DNA from: Trypanosoma brucei
Lineage: Eukaryota
Direction: 5' to 3'
DNA: 64,000 bases
Assembly (NCBI GenBank): GCA_000002445.1
Contig: CH464491.1
Coordinates: 4,448,001 to 4,512,000 of the forward strand
The notes beneath the pieces are model-generated. The model was not told where the DNA came from. It saw only the letters and a program-made list of their open reading frames with translations, and searched no databases. The position numbers and the translations under genes are program-made. Shown here one piece after another: positions 57,459-64,000 of the stretch (positions are counted from its first letter, which is position 1; every line of letters begins with the position of its first letter).

Positions 57459-59421
57459 TGGATCCGTGTCCCTCGGTGAGAAGTCCGGGGCAGCTGCCCT
57501 GCTCTATAGAAACAACACGCTGATTTGTGCACCCAAAACCGAAGCAGGGGAACTCTCATGCAGTTACAGAGCGGAATGCGTAGCATTAGAGATAGGACTG
57601 CAACGGCTGCTGAAATGGCTTCCGGCATACAGAAGCACACCGAGCAGGTTGTCCATCTTCTCTGACTCGCTGTCAATGTTAACAGCCCTGCAGGCAGGTC
57701 CACTAGCCGTAACGGACCCAATTCTGAGACGACTATGGAGGCTTCTGCTTCAAGTTCAGAGAAGGAAGGTGCGTATCCGACTGCAATTTGTGTTTGGCCA
57801 TTGTGGCGTGAAACGGAATGAGGTTTGTGATGAAATGGCCAAAAAGGCTGCAGATTTACCACAGTTGCGAGACACATGGATCCCCAACATCATTGCTTAT
57901 GCGAAGCGAGTGCTTAGGTCGGAAGAAGTCCATGAGAACACTCATAGGTTTGGTGTCACGGGCAACCACTTTCCAACAAAACATAAAGAAGAACTAACGA
58001 GGGAAGAAGAAACGGCACTGGCACGCTTTCGGGTTGGGTCTTCAAGACACTATGGATGGATGTTGCGAAAGATCAACCCGAGTGTGCCTCCACAGTGCCG
58101 ATGGTGTAACCCGCAACATGCAGCGATAGGACCAACAATACAAACAGCCCCAACTGTTGCGACACGCATTCTTCATAAAACCTCCGAACCGACCAAATGT
58201 ACGGAATGTGATGCCACATACCAATGCCACTCAAGTGCTGTAACGCATATGGTAAACAAACACGGCTTTGTGCGAGCTGATGCACTCCGGAGGATCAAAT
58301 ACGGCGATGCAACACCTGCAGTGGACATCCCCCCGGAGCCCCCTCCAGTGGTGGCGATCGTTCCTTTACCATCGAGCACACGAGTCCCGATGAGACCGCA
58401 GGTGCTTCATTGTACCCTCTGTGCCTCCAAATTCGCAGTGCCAGGCCGACTATTACACCACCTTAGAACAATACATGGCATAGGCAGCGGTAGTTGCCGC
58501 GTGAAAAGGGGGCGAGAGAACGAGGACTCATAGCAAGGAGATGGTAGAGCCCCAGCAGCGCCAGCCTCTCAGGATACACGGAAGCTGCCGTTTCAATGTG
58601 ACCTGTGCGAGGCGAGCTTCGGTACACGTTCTTCCCTGTCACTACACAAGAAATTCAAACATAAGAGCATAGTGACGGAGGACGGTACCGTGGTGTTGGT
58701 GCAATTCCCTCGTAAGCGTGCCCGTGAGGGAAACGTTGACGTCCCGGGGAAGGGCGAGGTGCAGTGCGGTGTGTGCCAAAAAGTGCTCAGTTGCAGGGAC
58801 TCCCTCATCCGACACTGCAAGGCTTTTCACAAAGGTGAGGGAGTCGAGCTTAAATGCAGCAAAAGCACAAAATTTTGTGCCACTGATTCCCCGCATACAA
58901 ACACATCCATGTTGGTTTGCCAGACATGCGGAAGGCAGTGTGCTAGCAAAACTGGCCTCACCCTATATCAAAAGAAGATGCACGGTATGAAGGTAGAGCA
59001 CGCTGTTACCAGCCAACGCGGCGACTGCGAAGAAACGTCGCTGCACCTGATGAGCTGTCTTGGTTTGAAGGAGTTACGTGTCAGGTTTGCGGTAGAAGGT
59101 GTGTGTGTGCAGGATGTATGTTTTTCTAAAAGGCTGGCGCAGTTTCTTATTGCAGTTGAACGGGGCCGGCTGCAGGTGCTTAGCACAATGGTGTCGATGT
59201 TCTCAGCTTCGGCGCAGGTCGTGCTTTTGTCTTCTTGCGTTGTGTCCGCACATGTTTCTCCTCCAGGTGTCCCTGTGATCTGCTGTGAGCACAGTGCTTT
59301 ATTCAGCTTGGCCTTAATTTCCGTTATTAGGCTTTTGGCGTTAGTGTCCATAGGTTTGCTTTTTAGTGTCGTCACTAGGTCTGCCGTTTCCTCTGCAGTG
59401 CTGTTGACTACCAACTTTTGA
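57457..59421 (+). pseudogene. ingi ORF segment 2 (RNase H and C2H2 zinc-finger region). It is in a different frame from segment 1 and is interrupted by an in-frame TAG at 58531-58533.
   Basis: TDGSVSLGEKSGAAALLYRN (RNase H start) lies immediately after a stop in its own frame. Track ORFs 57466-58533 and 58672-59421 share a frame and are separated by a single TAG. Confidence 0.7.
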
Positions 59422-61925
59422 AGTCCCGTCAGCTCGGTGTTTGTTGGGGGTTTTTGTTTCTTGTTACATTAGCTGGTTGGGTCTTTGACTTGTTTCCGTG
59501 GCTGTAACCAGTTTGGCCACTGTGCTTGCCAGCCGACACCGGCTGTCTGAGAACAATACTTTTCTTTGCGAGCTTCCCACCCGTTTTTCCCTCTGGAGTG
59601 CCGAAAATCTCTTTCCACTTCTGGGAAGCCAAAGACATGTTCAGTTTGACGAGTTGGTCGAATTCAGTGGGCACGTCCGGTGCCTTATACGTTTGCAATT
59701 TCATCCTTTCCGCTACGTCCCAGTCCGGACACAAAGCATAAAACGGTACTAGTGCGTCTCCTACGGCTCAGTTTCCATGTCTGATTGCAGTCGAGACTAA
59801 CATAATTACAGCTTTAACAATGAATTGCATTTTGTTCCGCGGCCACTGGTGAAAATCACCCGGTGGTGCTAAAAAATGACTAAACCTTTAGATTAATATT
59901 AACATCTTAAAGACTGTAAATATTTATTGTAACACAACAGTTAAACTGCTTTTGCTGAATATTTCTTGTGCATTTCGCTACCAAACCGTTGCCTGAAATT
60001 CGAAAGTTGGTTACATTTAAAAAATCTAATTTTCTGCCATTAATCGCATATATTTGAATATTCCAGTGCTCTTTTCTTGTAAATCTCTTTACTTTCAACT
60101 CTCTATGCAAGGTAAACGTTTTAAAAATCAATTTAACTTTATCTTCTCAAGAAATAGTCTGTCCTGGTAAATGAATAAACGAAGCCTTTACAGTCACCCA
60201 ACTATTGGGAATAGTAAAAAATATCTCCTCATAATTTAATCCAATCATTCCTCTCCTCAAAACAAATCTCTATCCAACAGCTTCTTCCAACACAGCACTA
60301 CATATTAGCAACGGTTTGTAAATACTCTGCTCTGACTACCATTCACCACTTCCCTTTAGTAACTCTCCAAATGCATATTCAAACCTTTTAAATGCCCAAA
60401 CTCTTGCGATTATATTTCCACTACTAAGATAAGGTTTTCCACTTGGAGTTGATTTCAGTAAATGAGGTAACTCTTTATTCTCTTCTTTCCTGTCAGCCAC
60501 ATTAAAAAACCAAAAACATCTCTGCACATGCTCCTTGTGAACATCTTCTTCACTAAACTTATCTTCATTTTCCGCCGTATTTTCTATAAAATATTCCACC
60601 GAGTTCTCATATTTATTTCCATCACGAGCGCTACCTATAACGTCATACCCATCAACTTATATTACAATATCCTCATAACTTGCATTCTGTCTTTCCAAAA
60701 ACTCCATAACCCATCTAGGTCTTTTAACATGGCTATATAAACCTCCCATCGCAATTGTAATAATTTCAACATGGCTTAGTTTTGCACTCAATATTAGTCT
60801 GCACCATCCTTGAGTTGCATGAGTTTACACTAAAAATACAAACACTCTGGGTTTCTTAGTGTAATTCACTGACACTTTGTTTATGTTATTTATTTTCTCA
60901 CTTTCAAAAGATACTGTACTTAAATACACAATGTAATAACAGCGGTAGTAGTAAATTTCTCAATATACAAAACTTTATTGCCTAATATACCTTTATAATT
61001 TTATTCTGTTATTAGAAAAAATGTAGAAAACTCAAGAAAGATAAGCCAGATGTACTACTAAGCTGTTTAGTTAAGAAATAGTTTTATATACATAGGTATC
61101 GACTTGATATTGTTATGATGTATCTGCTGCTACATGTTTGCTTAGTGTGTGCAGCTTCTCTTTGAGCGTGCATCTACAGTCTTTTGTTTTAGAAGTCAGT
61201 TTTAGCAACAGCTGGTGCAGAGCACGCTAGAGTAATTCTACTTCTTTATTGCATTCTTTACATTTCACCTCTACACATAGTTATGTTGATGGAAGTAGCT
61301 GATTGCACTGATTAGTTCAGATATACTAGAAATTTTACCAGTTGCGTGTGCTAGCTATTCCAATTACACGGTTTCCATCATAAGACTCCCATCAGCGTAG
61401 CGTTTAAAGCTGCTGCTACTGCAATCATCTCTGAAAAGAATGTATCCATTATCAGTATAATACCGCAAATTTGTGGGTTATCCTCTTTATCATCAAGTAT
61501 CATTTTGTTTTTCGCCGTGCACTCGCATATATTTTTACTTCACTCCGTACTTTCTTTAATTTCTTTTCGTCTTCTGTTTCTTTTCCTATCGGTAATGATA
61601 ACGTAGCAACTCCATTTAGACTCTACACTGGACTGTTTCGCGCCTTCGTTTCCTCTTTAGTTAGCTCGATGTGTGTATAATACAAATTTTCATAGTTGCA
61701 GAAAAAGCTACACATATTACAGCTACATTTTTTTCTTCCTTCCCTTGACTTTCCTTCATCAATATTTTTCCTTCCCCTCGTCGTTCTATCTCATATTCAT
61801 TTACTCCCATTGCATCATTTTTCATATAGTACCCTTAGAATTAGTTTAAGTGCTTCTATTTCTGGTCTCCAGATGGTCCATACAACTTCTCTTATTATAA
61901 TATTTGTATATAAACACACTCATAA

Positions 61926-61933
61926 CACTCTCC

Positions 61934-62015
<82 letters not shown>

Positions 62016-62102
62016 TAATTATTTTTATTAATTAATTATTATTATTAATTATTATTATTATTATTATTATTATATTATTATTATTATTATTATTATTTAT
62101 TA
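61926..62102. repeat. (ATT)n trinucleotide array degenerating into ttaattaatt, abutting gap 2.
   Basis: Seen directly. The track translates it as poly-L. Confidence 0.95.
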
Positions 62103-62202
62103 NNNNNNNNNNNNNNNNNNNNNNNNNNNNNNNNNNNNNNNNNNNNNNNNNNNNNNNNNNNNNNNNNNNNNNNNNNNNNNNNNNNNNNNNNNNNNNNNNN
62201 NN
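62103..62202. other. Scaffold gap (100 N) inside the satellite array.
   Basis: Ns are seen directly. Confidence 0.95.
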
Positions 62203-62819
62203 AGGTATTATTATTATAATTAGTATAAGTATTATTAATATTATTATTATTAGTATTAGTATTAGTATTAGTATTAATAATATTATTAGTATTAGTATTA
62301 TTATTAGTATTAGTATTAGTATTATTAATAGTATTATTATTAATTATTATTAGTATTAGTAGTAGTATTATATTTATTATTATTATTAGTATTAGTATTA
62401 GTATTAGTATTATTATTAGTATTAGTATATTTATTATTATTAGTATTAGTATTATTATTATTAGTATTAGTATTAGTATTAGTATTAGTATTATTATTAT
62501 TATTAGTATTAGTATTATTATTATTATTAGTATTAGTATTATTATTAGTATTAGTATTAGTATTATTACTAGTATTATTATTATTATTATTAGTATTAGT
62601 ATTAGTATTAGTATTAGTATTATTATTATTATTAGTATTAGTATTATTATTAGTATTAGTATTAGTATTATTACTAGTATTATTATTATTATTATTAGTA
62701 TTAGTATTAGTATTAGTATTATTATTATTATTATTATTACTATTAGTATTATTATTATTATTAGTATTAGTATTAGTATTAGTATTAGTATTAGTATTAG
62801 TATTATTATTATTAGTATT

Positions 62820-62862
<43 letters not shown>

Positions 62863-63228
62863 GTATTAGTATTAGTATTATTACTAGTATTATTATTATT
62901 ATTATTAGTATTAGTATTAGTATTAGTATTATTATTATTATTATTATTAGTATTAGTATTAGTATTAGTATTAGTATTAGTATTAGTATTAGTATTATTA
63001 TTATTATTAGTATTAGTATTATTATTATTATTAGTATTAGTATTATTATTAGTATTAGTATTAGTATTATTACTAGTATTATTATTATTATTATTAGTAT
63101 TAGTATTAGTATTAGTATTAGTATTAGTATTAGTATTAGTATTAGTATTAGTATTAGTATTAGTATTAGTATTATTATTATTATTAGTATTAGTATTATT
63201 ATTATTATTAGTATTAGTATTAGTATTA
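62203..63228. repeat. Compound AT-rich satellite, (TATTAG)n interspersed with (TAT)n blocks, ~1 kb. It shows a recurring ~105-bp higher-order block (…(agtatt)3 attactagtatt (att)5 (agtatt)5…).
   Basis: Seen directly. The motif tattattactagtattattattatt recurs at ~62567, 62672, 62882 and 63071. The track ORF 62093-63250 (ILILIL…) is just a translation of it. Confidence 0.9.
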
Positions 63229-63497
63229 CAAGATAAACAAAATGAACCAATTCATAGTAGCACTAATTTTGTACTCTCTGTTATCCTTCTACTTTACATC
63301 AACACGTCACTTTCATACATAATATACCAAGTTTTTACATTTTTTAATCCTTAAATTTCATTATATTTCTTTTTCTTTACAAACAATGTTAAAATATATC
63401 AAATGTTAAAAATTCTCTCGAAAAAGCAAGTTTTCATAAAATTAAAAAAAACACTTATAATAATCAAAATACAAGCAACTCACAAAACCAGAAACAA

Positions 63498-64000
63498 TCA
63501 GAGCCAATTTCTTATTGACGAGAAAACTACCATTTCATAACTTTTCCGTATCCTTGTCATCCTCATTATCTTTGCCTTATCTAAATGCACGGCTTTGCTT
63601 GTCGCCTGTTTTTCTAGCGACGCAAACCTTCTTGTTGGTTCCGTGTTTTGACACACAGTTGAAGCTGTTCCCTCTGTAAACGTATCTCCTTTTCCCTCTG
63701 TGTTTGTCTGCTCTTTAACGTTGCTTTCATCTACTACGCACTTTCCATCTGTTTCTCTCTTTCCTTTCCATTTGCAGCCCTTTTGGACAAATTTTTCGTT
63801 ATTTTTGTGTTGTTTGCAGTCGTTGTTAGATGATTTTGGGGATACTGTCACACTGTTTTGGGTTAGTACTATTCCCAGTGAGTGCTCCACCGCTGCATAA
63901 GCAGTCGTATTCAGGTGCTCCGCCTTGGCCAGGACCTTTTTGTCGTCGTGGTTTGCTGTGTCTAGACTTTTGAGCGCTGTTTCTGCCTTGGCGGCTTCGT
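63498..64000 (-). CDS. Partial ORF (continues beyond the window) whose C-terminal region resembles a VSG-type cysteine-rich C-terminal domain. It may be a VSG-related pseudogene or gene fragment.
   Basis: The minus-strand frame is open from 64000 down to the stop at 63498. It encodes …DCKQHKNNEKFVQKGCKWKGKRETDGKCVVDES…CQN…, reminiscent of the VSG CTD CKW.G..CKDSS pattern. It lacks a hydrophobic GPI-signal tail. The track shows a GTG start. Confidence 0.25.
   Translation of the reverse strand, partial: EAAKAETALKSLDTANHDDKKVLAKAEHLNTTAYAAVEHSLGIVLTQNSVTVSPKSSNNDCKQHKNNEKFVQKGCKWKGKRETDGKCVVDESNVKEQTNTEGKGDTFTEGTASTVCQNTEPTRRFASLEKQATSKAVHLDKAKIMRMTRIRKSYEMVVFSSIRNWL

Larger units (their letters stand above)
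54376..59878 (+). mobile_element. ingi-type (ingi/L1Tc clade) non-LTR retrotransposon, ~5.5 kb. It is a degenerate copy with one frameshift and one in-frame stop.
   Basis: The 5' end begins ccctggcgataccggccacctcaacgtggtgccagggtccagtaccccgtatcatcgggggaagccaagagccagcagc (Pr77-like signature). Read-through frames encode a 2A-like peptide, an AP-endonuclease region, RT (FADDLTLF plus surrounding RT blocks), RNase H (TDGS...) and at least 5 C2H2 fingers (CTECDATYQCHSSAVTHMVNKHG, LHCTLCASKFAVPGRLLHHLRTIHG, FQCDLCEASFGTRSSLSLHKKFKH, CGVCQKVLSCRDSLIRHCKAFH, CQTCGRQCASKTGLTLYQKKMHG). The 3' end is tentatively placed at the short A6 after ccggtggtgct (~59878). No obvious target-site duplication. Confidence 0.85.

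Noticed and set aside
57466-58672. M at the starts of track ORFs 57466, 58672 and 63890.
   Set aside because: The underlying codons are GTG. The track appears to use alternative start codons, so these Met positions are not real initiation sites.
62093-63250. 385-aa ORF ILILILIII… on the minus strand.
   Set aside because: It is a translation of the (TATTAG)n/(TAT)n satellite. Stop-free reading of a simple repeat, not a gene.
1-64000. CRISPR arrays, prophage or operon-type features.
   Set aside because: The sequence is eukaryotic (kinetoplastid): rRNA with ITS, retrotransposon with RT/2A, polycistronic intron-less genes. No direct-repeat/spacer architecture is present.

Overview
This is a kinetoplastid nuclear segment that looks like an African trypanosome of the T. 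brucei group: densely packed, intron-less ORFs on one strand, an ingi-type retroelement, a GRESAG4-type receptor adenylate cyclase, and trypanosome-like 5.8S and LSU rRNA. The layout is as follows. (i) 1-34.1 kb is a minus-strand polycistronic unit of at least 14 housekeeping genes. Recognisable products are an FSH1 hydrolase/Obg-like GTPase fusion, an ABCB half-transporter, an SP-RING zinc-finger protein, a PP2A-like phosphatase, a DnaJ protein, an EngB-like GTPase, an LRR/CBM48 repeat protein, EMC6 and COX6B; the rest are hypothetical. (ii) 34.1-43.7 kb is a roughly 9.6 kb gene-poor, apparently divergent strand-switch region. It holds a (GT)13 tract, a GC-rich island with a G15 run, degenerate gene fragments including an LRRP/ESAG8-like relic, a scaffold gap, and a 0.8 kb inverted duplication of the 5' end of the downstream adenylate cyclase gene. 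(iii) 43.7-47.5 kb is a plus-strand receptor-type adenylate cyclase (GRESAG4-like). (iv) 47.5-54.4 kb is non-coding sequence with head-to-head interstitial telomere hexamers and an orphan partial rDNA unit, namely 5.8S, ITS2 and the 5' 1.5 kb of LSU-alpha, with no intact 18S. (v) 54.4-59.9 kb is a degenerate ingi non-LTR retrotransposon abutting the truncated LSU rRNA. It carries a Pr77-type 5' end, a 2A-like peptide, APE/RT/RNaseH/C2H2 domains, one frameshift and one in-frame stop. (vi) 59.9-64 kb is very AT-rich sequence with a roughly 1.3 kb compound (ATT)n/(TATTAG)n satellite interrupted by a second gap, then a VSG C-terminal-domain-like ORF running off the window. The rDNA fragment, retroelement and AT-rich satellite together resemble the architecture reported for T. 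brucei centromeric domains, and this is the most interesting hypothesis here. Everything is inferred by eye from sequence and remembered family motifs; no searches were run. The six-frame track appears to translate GTG starts as M.
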